Counted from the stretch's first letter, positions 46,701-53,634 are shown. The stretch: 64,000 nt of DNA from Pirellulales bacterium (GCA_040397585.1 JBBAVS010000003.1:5169-69168); one strand, 5' to 3'. Made by a program: numbers and translations. The notes: generated by a model not told the origin, from the sequence alone.

Positions 46701-47150
46701 CGGGGGCCGGGTGTCGCGGAGCCCGAGCAGCACGATCTCGCCCATGATCGACGAGACCGGCGCCATCACGGGATTGGCGTCGGCGGGAAGCTTCGCGCGG
46801 GCGAGCTGGAGCTTCTCGGCGACGATCTGCCGGTCACGGAAGATGTCGGTGCCCCACTCGAACTCCACCCACACGATCGACAGGCCGATGCCCGACGCCG
46901 ACCGCACCCGGCGGACGCCGGTGGCCCCGTTGAGCAGGTATTCGATCGGCCGCGTGACGAGTGTCTCGACTTCCTCGGGGGCCAACCCCGGCGCCTCCGT
47001 CATCACCGTGACCGTGGGCCTGTTGAGGTCGGGGAAGACGTCAATCGGCATCTGCTCCAGCGCCAGCCCGCCGGCCACGGCCACCGCCAGCGCGGCGACG
47101 ATCACCAGCAGCCGGTTGCGGAGCGAGAAGGCGATGATCGCGTCGAGCAT
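43785..47150 (-). CDS. cusA: Heavy-metal efflux RND inner-membrane pump, CusA-like (HME family)
   Basis: N-terminus MLDAIIAFSLRNRLLVIVAALAVAVAGGLALEQMPIDVFPDLNRPTVTVMTEAPGLAPEEVETLVTRPIE is classic CusA/CzcA. The TM4 motif LGGIAVAIGDLVDDSIVDIEN resembles, from memory, E. coli CusA ([20 protein letters not shown]) rather than CzcA (DFGIIVDGAVV). The symbol is used in the family sense only. Confidence 0.9.
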   Translation of the reverse strand: MLDAIIAFSLRNRLLVIVAALAVAVAGGLALEQMPIDVFPDLNRPTVTVMTEAPGLAPEEVETLVTRPIEYLLNGATGVRRVRSASGIGLSIVWVEFEWGTDIFRDRQIVAEKLQLARAKLPADANPVMAPVSSIMGEIVLLGLRDTRPPTTAAEAREQGLALRTLAEFTIRNRLLALEGVAQVTVMGGILKQYQIITSPARLAAQDVTLRQLVDAAQKANAIAGGGVMENANRESLIRISGQSFTLADVGNTPLVWRVPRPVLIKDVADVVFGGPVKRGDGAVQVKVDDRLEGGSAVILAIQKQPNADTLALDRRIDASLDQLEADLPPGVMIERRIFRQADFIRAAVDNVVEAVRDGAIWVVVVLFLFMWNLRVSVSSLTAMPLSILATILVFRCFGITINTMTLGGIAVAIGDLVDDSIVDIENIYRRLRENRHAARPEHPLRVVFQASAEVRNSIVYATLIVALVVLPLFSLAGLEGRLFAPLGLAYIISLLCSLAVSLTVTPVLGYLLLAKSRLLDDAADSFLLRWLKRLDEAVLRFTLRHARAVLAVVAVLVIASLAMIGWMGGEFLPPFNEGTLTIGVQTEPGTSLAESSRVARLVEALVLDVPEVVSLSRRTGRAELDEHAEGVHSSEIDVRLVPHERPAPGWAAAALRLVPVLHLWGSERVGRPREEVVADIRDRITNIPSVRLNIGQPISHRLDHILSGVRAQIVVKVFGPDLGALRAAAADIESRMHDIPGVVDLQVEPQVEIPQVRLRVDHREAARHGLAPGDVAELLETAYKGRVVSQVFDDDRYFSLVVWYDEDSRNSPAIINQTILDTPSGRRVALGQVAEVLDTTGPNTINREHVQRRIVVSCNVADRDLSGVVADVLTAIEPVRTDLQALPGDYTVELGGQFAAQQDATFRLLVLGTAAVVGVFLLLCKALGSWRAAVQVLVNVPLAALGSVVALLIVNQPSAEALAAAPWWQWPRVWASATNLSVAHWVGFITLIGIVSRNGIMMISHYIHLMQHEGEPFGERMVIRGSLERLAPVLMTAFTSFFGLLPLLFGAGQPGKEILYPLTVVVFGGMLGSTILDQIVTPALFYAFGSRVVGPGRTPEDEAGLGGSAGRIPLGDEERS

Positions 47151-47168
47151 GCGTCGGGCTCCTGCTGG

Positions 47169-49412
47169 TCAGCGGATGGAAGCGAAGGCCGTCTGCAGGT
47201 CGGCCACCCCCGCCACGGCCACGATCTCGCCCGGCGCGAGCCCGTCCCTGACGGTCACCAGCCGGTCGTCGCCGGCGCCCAGCGTGACGGCCTGCCGCCG
47301 GAACGAGCCGTCGGCGGCGCGGATGAAGAGGTAGGGCTGCGTACCCTGCCGCACGACCGCGGAGACGGGCACCGCCAGGGCCGGGGCGGCGCTCGCGATC
47401 GGCAGCGACACCCGCGCGAGCATGTTGTGCTGGAGGGCGCGGCCCGGCGGCACGTCGATCCCCACCCACACCGGCAGCGTGCGGTCGCGGGCGTCGATCA
47501 CGTTGCCGCGGCGGGTGACGGCGCCGCTGAAGACCTGACCGGGCAGCGACATGAACCGGACGCGGGCCGCGCCGGCCGGGTCGTGGGAGTGCAGCCGGCC
47601 GACCTCGTTCTCCGTGAGGTGCCCCCGCACCCAGGCGTGGCGGGAATCGTGGATCTCCGCGACCGCCTCGTTCGGCTGGATCACCTGGCCAACGACCGCG
47701 TCGAGCCGGACGACCGTGCCCCGCGCCGGCGCCCGGATCACGAGCGTCGGGAAGACCTCCCCGCGGCGGCCGATGCGGTCCACCTCCGCCGCCGAGAAGC
47801 CCACGCCCCGGAGCGTGCGGTCGAGCGCCTCGACCCGCTCGGCCAGCGAGAGGGAGGCCGTCTGGGCCTCCCAGACCCGCTTCCGCGGCACGCTCTGGGT
47901 GGCATCGAGCTCCTCGAGCCGCACCAGGCTCTCGTCGGCGAGCCGGCGCTGCGCGGCGGCCTGGATCAGCTGCAGCTGGATGTCGAGGGCCGCGAGGCTC
48001 GCGACCTCGGCGATCACCTCCCCCTCCGTGACCTCCTGCCCGATCCGCCCGTGCATCCGCGTGATCCGCCCCTCGACCTGCGCGGCGGCCACGGTCCGGG
48101 CACCCGGCGGCACGTCGACCATGCCGTCGAACTCGAGCACCTCGTCGACGGCGTGCAGGGCCGCGGGTTCCGTCCGCAGGCCCATGTTCGCCTCGGCCTC
48201 GGGGCTGAGCCGGAGGACGCCGCTGACGAAGAAGCTGCCGAGCTCGTGGCTGCCCTTGGTGACGACGCGGTCGCCCGGAAACACGCCGCCGTCCCGGAGC
48301 GTCACCACGCCCGCGTTCATCGCGTCGACCACCACGTTCTGCTTGCGATACTCGAAGCCCCTCTCGGTGGCGGCCTCCTCGAGGAGCACGAACTTCTCGA
48401 TCCCGTTGGTGATCAGGGCCTCCGCGGGCACGGCCGTCCGCTCGACGCCCGTGCCCGACACGATCTGCGTCTGGCCCGTCATCCCCGGGAGGAACCGGGC
48501 GGGCCGGCCGGCCGGATTGACCACCGTCGCCCAGGCGGTTCCGAGCTTCGTCTCCGGATCGAGCATTATTCCGGTCGTATGGATCGTGGAGGCGAGCCGC
48601 TCGGCGGGCCACGCCGGCAGGGCCAGTTCGACCCGCTGCCCCGCGACGACGGCGTTGACATCGCGTTCGAGGAGGCTGATCTCGGCCCAGACCTCCGCGA
48701 GGTCGACCACCTCGGCGAGATGCTCGTTCGCCGGCACGACGTCGCCCACGGTGACGTCGATGTGCATCACCGTGCCGGCGATCGGGCTGATGATCTCCAC
48801 GGCGCTCGTCAGGGGCCGGTCGGCGTCCGCCAGGAGCGCCGCGACCACCTCTTCCGGCACATCGAGGCTGCGGAGCTTCGCCGCCGCCACGTCGACCGAT
48901 CCCTGCGTCTGCTCCAGCCGCGCCCGCGCCTCGGAGCGGTCGCGGATCGCGGCCGCCTGGGCCTCCGCGAGCGCCTGGATCCGCTCGAAGGTCCGCTCGG
49001 CCAGCTCGTGCTCGGCCCGGGCCGTGAGCAGCTCCAGCTGGATCGTCTCGAGCGCGAGGCTCTCGATCGTCGCCAGCGGCTGGCCGGCCGCGACCACGTC
49101 GCCGGCGCGGACGTGCAGGGCCGTCACGCGGCCGCCGATGCCGGTCGCGGCGAAGGCATGCCGGTTCCTGGCGGGAACGAGCCGGGCGTAGGCCATGATC
49201 CGGGTGTCGATCGCGTGGCCCGTCACGTCGGCCGTCTCGATCATCAGGGCGCGATGGGCCGTGGGGCTGAGCGCGAGGGTGCCCCGCTCCGCGTTGATCA
49301 AGACGCCCTTGGTGGGCAGCGGCTCGTGTCCCTCGTGGGCCCGCGCACCAGACGCCGCCCCCACGACGCACACGGCCGCCAGAAGCCCGACGATCAGGCT
49401 CCTCCAACGCAT
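47169..49412 (-). CDS. Periplasmic adaptor (membrane fusion protein) of the RND pump, internally duplicated: two complete MFP modules in one 747-aa polypeptide
   Basis: Signal/anchor MRWRSLIVGLLAAVCVVGAASGARA. Module 1 (48219-49412) and module 2 (47169-48218) each contain a lipoyl half (GGRVTALHVRAGDVVAAGQPLATIES / EGRITRMHGRIGQEVTEGEVIAEVAS) and a coiled-coil hairpin. Each also has a second lipoyl half (ISPIAGTVMHIDVTVGDVV / IRAPARGTVVRLDAVVGQVI), a beta-barrel and a membrane-proximal end (GDRVVTKGSHEL / GEIVAVAGVADL). Confidence 0.85.
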   Translation of the reverse strand: MRWRSLIVGLLAAVCVVGAASGARAHEGHEPLPTKGVLINAERGTLALSPTAHRALMIETADVTGHAIDTRIMAYARLVPARNRHAFAATGIGGRVTALHVRAGDVVAAGQPLATIESLALETIQLELLTARAEHELAERTFERIQALAEAQAAAIRDRSEARARLEQTQGSVDVAAAKLRSLDVPEEVVAALLADADRPLTSAVEIISPIAGTVMHIDVTVGDVVPANEHLAEVVDLAEVWAEISLLERDVNAVVAGQRVELALPAWPAERLASTIHTTGIMLDPETKLGTAWATVVNPAGRPARFLPGMTGQTQIVSGTGVERTAVPAEALITNGIEKFVLLEEAATERGFEYRKQNVVVDAMNAGVVTLRDGGVFPGDRVVTKGSHELGSFFVSGVLRLSPEAEANMGLRTEPAALHAVDEVLEFDGMVDVPPGARTVAAAQVEGRITRMHGRIGQEVTEGEVIAEVASLAALDIQLQLIQAAAQRRLADESLVRLEELDATQSVPRKRVWEAQTASLSLAERVEALDRTLRGVGFSAAEVDRIGRRGEVFPTLVIRAPARGTVVRLDAVVGQVIQPNEAVAEIHDSRHAWVRGHLTENEVGRLHSHDPAGAARVRFMSLPGQVFSGAVTRRGNVIDARDRTLPVWVGIDVPPGRALQHNMLARVSLPIASAAPALAVPVSAVVRQGTQPYLFIRAADGSFRRQAVTLGAGDDRLVTVRDGLAPGEIVAVAGVADLQTAFASIR

Positions 49413-49559
49413 CCTGAATGGGTGGATCGCCGGCTCGGGGGCGGCAAAAGTCTCGTCGCCGGGGCGAGGATACGCCCCAGGCTCCTCGAGCGTTCGCCGA
49501 CCCCCTCGCCTTCCCCTCTCCGTTCGCTGGATCATCGCTTCACCTGTCCTGGATGCTCC

Positions 49560-50381
49560 CTAACGCTTGACATAGGCCTCGGGATCCTTGAGCTCGTCGG
49601 GCTTTTCCTTGGCCGTGCGGACGAATTCCTCCACGCACGGCGGGCAGCAGAACTCGTAGGTCTTCCCGCCGATGACCCAGGCACACAGCGGGTTGGCCTT
49701 GGTCTCGGAGATCGGGCAGAGCCGATCGCCCGGCTTGGGGTTCGCGTCGTGCTTCGCCTGGAAGCCCTTGAACTTCTGCTGGGCCGTGAGCCGGCCGTTG
49801 GCCGCGATGTCGGCCTCCGTGTACTTGCCGCCCGGCGTGAGGAACAGCTTCGTCGATTCGTCGTCGGCGAGGGCGGCGGGCATCGCCGCGGCGTGGCCGG
49901 GAGGCGGCGCCGACGTGAAGCCGACGCGAAACCTCTCGTTCTCGATCCGCAGGTTGGGGATCGTGATGTCCACCGGCTTGCCCCGCAGCGACTCGGGGAG
50001 CACGCCCCTGAACCGCGACGTCTTCTCGGCGGCGTCGCCTTCTTGCGGATCGGACTCGAACATCAGGGCCACCGTCTCGCTCCCGCCGGCCGGCTTCACG
50101 TAGGCGGTGAGCGTCTGCCGCTGCGTCTCGTGGATGCGGGTCTCGTCGGAGCCGAGCAGGTAGAGGCGGAGGATCCCGCCGGACTCGAACACCGGCTCGA
50201 CGTGGTAGCTGTCGCGGCCGAGCGGAACGATCAGGCCGCCGTGGGCGCCGACGCCGTGTTCGTGGTCGCCATGCTTCGGTTCCGCGGGGTCCGCCGCCGG
50301 CGCGGCGGCGAAGGCTTCGGGAGCTGCAAGCAGGCAGAGGCAGGCGGCGATCGCGAGCGAACGTGGACGAAGAGCACTCAT
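49560..50381 (-). CDS. Periplasmic His-rich protein with C-terminal TRASH/YHS-type Cys motif (putative metal-binding accessory protein of the efflux operon)
   Basis: Signal peptide MSALRPRSLAIAACLCLLAAPEAFAAAP. His cluster EPKHGDHEHGVGAHGG. C-terminal CPISETKANPLCAWVIGGKTYEFCCPPCVEEF (49636-49719) fits the TRASH pattern C-x22-C-x3-C. AGGAG lies 8 nt before the ATG. Confidence 0.7.
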   Translation of the reverse strand: MSALRPRSLAIAACLCLLAAPEAFAAAPAADPAEPKHGDHEHGVGAHGGLIVPLGRDSYHVEPVFESGGILRLYLLGSDETRIHETQRQTLTAYVKPAGGSETVALMFESDPQEGDAAEKTSRFRGVLPESLRGKPVDITIPNLRIENERFRVGFTSAPPPGHAAAMPAALADDESTKLFLTPGGKYTEADIAANGRLTAQQKFKGFQAKHDANPKPGDRLCPISETKANPLCAWVIGGKTYEFCCPPCVEEFVRTAKEKPDELKDPEAYVKR

Positions 50382-50430
50382 GGCACACTCCTGGTGGATG
50401 GAGAGGTCGGGTCTGGGAAGAAGCCGATGG

Positions 50431-50471
50431 AAAAAACTGCGGACGCACGCCGACGCGGGCCAGTGCCGCAG
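50431..50471 (-). terminator. Terminator/attenuator-like hairpin followed by a U6 tract, ~50 nt upstream of the efflux-operon start codon
   Basis: The minus strand reads CTGCGGCAC-(14 nt)-GTGcgtCCGCAG-TTTTTT: a 6+3 bp stem with a bulge, then six U. A U-tract is rare in this GC-rich sequence. It sits between the small Cys-rich ORF stop (50523) and the ATG at 50381. Confidence 0.4.
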
Positions 50472-50492
50472 TCCGTGGGATGCCGGATCGGG

Positions 50493-50512
50493 GGCCGCAC
50501 CGGGGTGCGGCC
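50493..50512 (-). other. GC-rich palindromic stem-loop 10 nt downstream of the small Cys-rich ORF stop
   Basis: GGCCGCACC-GG-GGTGCGGCC has perfect 9-nt inverted arms. The effective stem is about 7 bp once a sterically possible loop is allowed. It is part of the same leader region as the U-tract hairpin. Confidence 0.4.
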
Positions 50513-50522
50513 ATGGCCCCAA

Positions 50523-50978
50523 TCAACAGCGAAGCGTGCTCAGCGCGCGCAAGAGTTCCCGGCCGGAGAGGCGGGGCGTCTCATCGGGGCCCGGCCACCG
50601 GCCCCCCAGGGAAGCTGTGTCGGGCCCGATCTGCGGGCACCAGGCGAGAGGCCAGGCCGCCTGCCAGCCGGCCCAGGGCGACAGGTCGGGTTGGCCGACT
50701 ACAACCGCCGTGTCGCCAGACGTCGCCACGGGCCGCAGTTTGGCTCGGCAGGGGCACCCCTCGTCGCCTGCCGGGTGACTCTCGAGCGGACACGACGAGC
50801 CCGCCGCCGATATCGGAGCCTCGCAGCAGCAGCAAGCCGCCTCCGCACTGGCCGCCGCGTTGCCGGCCGGCAGGGCCGCCAGTGTCTTGAACGTGCAGCA
50901 GCACCAATGCGGACCGGTGATCACTGCCCACGCGGCAATCGTCACGACGGTTCGCCACGCTCCTCGCCGCTGCCGCAT
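50523..50978 (-). CDS. Candidate small Cys/Trp-rich membrane protein (151 aa), unknown family
   Basis: The ATG at 50978 is preceded by GGAGG with a 5-nt spacer. One predicted TM helix (WRTVVTIAAWAVITGPHW). Cys clusters HWCCCTF, AACCCCEAP and CPLESHPAGDEGCPCR. In two 60-nt samples, G/C is highest at the third codon position of this frame, but that position is shared with an antisense ORF, so coding status is not secure. Confidence 0.35.
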   Translation of the reverse strand: MRQRRGAWRTVVTIAAWAVITGPHWCCCTFKTLAALPAGNAAASAEAACCCCEAPISAAGSSCPLESHPAGDEGCPCRAKLRPVATSGDTAVVVGQPDLSPWAGWQAAWPLAWCPQIGPDTASLGGRWPGPDETPRLSGRELLRALSTLRC

Positions 50979-50983
50979 CGTCG

Positions 50984-50988
50984 CCTCC
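50984..50988 (-). promoter_or_regulatory. Shine-Dalgarno-like GGAGG for the candidate ORF 50523..50978
   Basis: The plus strand cctcc at 50984-50988 is GGAGG on the minus strand, 5 nt before the ATG. Confidence 0.35.
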
Positions 50989-51130
50989 AGAACACCTGCC
51001 GGCACGCTACCTCCGCGCCGCCGGGCTCGCCATCCGAACTCTATCAGCATTCTACACAGGGGCTTCCCCAGAGAGTGAAGACCATCCTGACCGCGGACCG
51101 CCTTCACGACGGATCCGGCCGCGCCGGGGG

Positions 51131-51170
51131 GGCCGACCGAGGGAAGCAGGTGTGCTTCCATCGGTCGGCC
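51131..51170 (-). terminator. Long GC-rich hairpin 47 nt downstream of the PEP-CTERM gene stop (putative factor-independent terminator, no U-tract)
   Basis: GGCCGACCGA-g-GGAAGCA-ggtg-TGCTTCC-a-TCGGTCGGCC forms 17 bp with one G/A mismatch and a 4-nt loop. Confidence 0.45.
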
Positions 51171-51216
51171 GAGAACCCCGTAGCGCGTCTCCGGGACGAC
51201 CCCGGGGCGGCGGCGG

Positions 51217-53634
51217 CTAAGCCGTCCGCCGGCGGAGCCGCCAGCCCAGCAGGAGCCCCGCCATGCCGATGGCGACGCCAGCCGATGCTGGCTCCGGAAC
51301 GGCCGCGATCGAGCCCGCCGAGGGTGCCGGCGCGTTGTAGAACCCGGCGTCGAACAGCCCCGTCGAGAGGAAGTCGGCGGCATCGAGGATGTCGACGACC
51401 CCGTCGTAGGTGAAGTCGCCCTGGTTCCAGGTCGCCGGGTCGCCCGAGTCGAACTTGCCGGCCGACAGGAAGTTGGCCGCATCGAGGATGTCGACCATCC
51501 AGTCGAGGTTCGTGTCGCCCCCCGCCGCATAGGCGACGGCCAGCGAGCCATCGCCGTTGTCGAGCCAGCCCACCGTCCGTAAGCCGCCGCTGCTCGCCGC
51601 CGCACTGGACGTGATGCCGCTCGTGCCGGTCCACGTGCCGCCAGCGCGGCCGGCGAGAATGTCGGCGACGAGGTCAGCAGCGGAACCGGACGCGATGTTG
51701 ATCAAGCCCCGGCCCAGATCGACCAAGCCGCCAGAGGCCTGATCGACCGTGAGCGACGAGACCGTCATGGAAACGGCGGACGAGCCCGAAAGCGCCACCG
51801 AGCCGGTGTTGCTGACCACCACCGCCGGCGAGCCGACCACACTGCCTGCCGCCCCGATCACCAGCGACTTGATGCCGGAGTTGGAGTCGGCCTTGATGGT
51901 GGCACCGGCGCCGTCGAGCGTGCCGTTGACCGAGACCCGCGACGCGATCACGTTCGCGCCCGGATCGACCCTCAGCGTGGCGCCGGGCTGCACGGTCGTG
52001 GTGCCCGACCAGTTCACGAATGCCTGCGAGCCCGACACCCGCAGCGTGCCCTGGGAAACGGTCGTCGAATACGTCCACGAGTTCGAGCCGCTGAGCACGA
52101 ACTCGCCGGCACCCGTCTTCGTGAACGTCTTGGTGTTCATGGGGCTGAACACCGTGAGATTCATGTTGGAAACATCGGAGCCCACGGTGAACCCGGGATC
52201 GCTCTGGCTCACGGTGCCGCTCGCCACATTCATGGCTTGATCCTTGGCGAACTGGAAGGCTCCGTCGGTCCTCCGCTGCCCGACTCTGGCCTGCCAGACG
52301 GCCAAGTCGACGGCGTCGACCTTCGAATCGCCGTTGCCGTCCGCGCCCCAGTAGCTGAGCCCATTGGCGTTCACGGTTGCCCAGTCGAGCGGCGCCGCGC
52401 CGCTATAGGTGAGTCCATTTTGGCTCTGCCAGTAGACGTAATCTCCCTGGTCGACCACGCCGTCCGTATTGAAATCCGCCACGTCGAATGCGGCCACGGT
52501 GGCCACCTTCGTCACCAGGGTGTCGAGGCGAGCGGGACTCACGCCGGTGGACATGTTCACCTTGATGGCCGTGTTGGCGAGCGATGTCCATGCGGCACCA
52601 GTTTCGGGCCCAACATCGACGAAGCCGCGTTTTGCACCCCGATTTATATCAGCTTGCGTATACGCCACTGACGGGTCCGGTGCATCCGTCTGCACGTAGT
52701 AAATGACGCCCTCGTTGCGATCCGTGTAGACCTGCATCATTCCGCCCGCATATTGGATGCCGACCGTCCCGGAGGCAATGAGCGGAGCGATCTGCGCCGT
52801 GTGCGTGGTCCCCTGGCGAAAACCATCTCGGGCAGACAGGTCGGTTCCGATCATCTGGCCACCGGAAAACTGAAAACCGCCGCCCTGAAAGCGGAGCGTG
52901 CCTCGGTCATCCTGAGCGATGTCCCCGGGACTTCCCGCCGCGAAGAACCTCGTCGCCATCAGCACGCCACCGGAGATCGTCCCCGTCGCGAACGCTGCGT
53001 TGCCGTTCGACGCGGACTGCCCCATCGAGATGGCGGCGCTGGACACCGTCGTTCCGCCGGTAATGTTGAACAACGTACGGTACCCGACGTTTCCACCACC
53101 GGTCGAAAACTGGATCGAGTTGTTATTCACCGTGGCATTGGCGAACAGCGTTCCAGCCGACTGGTTGTAGACGGCAACCGAGTTGTTCCCACTGCGGCCG
53201 TCGGTCGTGAAGAACTCTCCATCCACCTGCAGACTTCCACCGGTCACGTTCAGCGTGGAGGTGCCAGTGGCGGTGTTGGCACCGAGGGAAAGCCGGGTGT
53301 CACCCGATCCCTGCGAAAGCAGGTAGTTCCCGCCCGTCATGTTGAAGACGCCGCCGTAGTTGACGTTCAATCGCCTGACGCTCGGCCCGCTGCTGAATGA
53401 AGGATTGTTCGACGCAGCGCCGACCTGTGCGATGTTGGTTGTGCCGTTCGGAACGCTACCGCCGTCCCAGTTGGCCCCATCGTTGTAGTCGGTGCTCACC
53501 GAACCGTTCCAATTCACGGTCGTTTGAGCAACCGCCGCACCGCTCCATGCGACTCCCAGGGTGACCGCGAGGCACGCGGTAAGCACCGTTCCTGTGTTCA
53601 ACGTTCGCCGAGATACGCCGTGCAAAATAAACAT
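51217..53634 (-). CDS. Secreted PEP-CTERM-anchored protein with autotransporter-associated beta-strand (PATR-like) repeats and dockerin/EF-hand-like D-x-D-x-DG repeats
   Basis: Signal peptide MFILHGVSRRTLNTGTVLTACLAVTLGVAWSGAAVAQ. PATR-like FTKTGAGEFVLSGSNSWTYSTTVSQGTLRVSG. Dockerin-like DFNTDGVVDQGDYVYW, DGNGDSKVDAVDLAVW, GDTNLDWMVDILDAANF and GDFTYDGVVDILDAADF. C-terminal VPEPASAGVAIGMAGLLLGWRLRRR, which is PEP motif + TM + basic tail. Confidence 0.85.
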   Translation of the reverse strand: MFILHGVSRRTLNTGTVLTACLAVTLGVAWSGAAVAQTTVNWNGSVSTDYNDGANWDGGSVPNGTTNIAQVGAASNNPSFSSGPSVRRLNVNYGGVFNMTGGNYLLSQGSGDTRLSLGANTATGTSTLNVTGGSLQVDGEFFTTDGRSGNNSVAVYNQSAGTLFANATVNNNSIQFSTGGGNVGYRTLFNITGGTTVSSAAISMGQSASNGNAAFATGTISGGVLMATRFFAAGSPGDIAQDDRGTLRFQGGGFQFSGGQMIGTDLSARDGFRQGTTHTAQIAPLIASGTVGIQYAGGMMQVYTDRNEGVIYYVQTDAPDPSVAYTQADINRGAKRGFVDVGPETGAAWTSLANTAIKVNMSTGVSPARLDTLVTKVATVAAFDVADFNTDGVVDQGDYVYWQSQNGLTYSGAAPLDWATVNANGLSYWGADGNGDSKVDAVDLAVWQARVGQRRTDGAFQFAKDQAMNVASGTVSQSDPGFTVGSDVSNMNLTVFSPMNTKTFTKTGAGEFVLSGSNSWTYSTTVSQGTLRVSGSQAFVNWSGTTTVQPGATLRVDPGANVIASRVSVNGTLDGAGATIKADSNSGIKSLVIGAAGSVVGSPAVVVSNTGSVALSGSSAVSMTVSSLTVDQASGGLVDLGRGLINIASGSAADLVADILAGRAGGTWTGTSGITSSAAASSGGLRTVGWLDNGDGSLAVAYAAGGDTNLDWMVDILDAANFLSAGKFDSGDPATWNQGDFTYDGVVDILDAADFLSTGLFDAGFYNAPAPSAGSIAAVPEPASAGVAIGMAGLLLGWRLRRRTA

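Noticed and set aside
47427-51413. 1328-aa plus-strand ORF and the 788-aa same-strand alternative frame 47041..49407
   Set aside because: They overlap the adaptor, TRASH and leader region. Both translate to Arg/Gly/Pro-rich strings. The frame 47169..49412 alone shows MFP domain order and a signal peptide.
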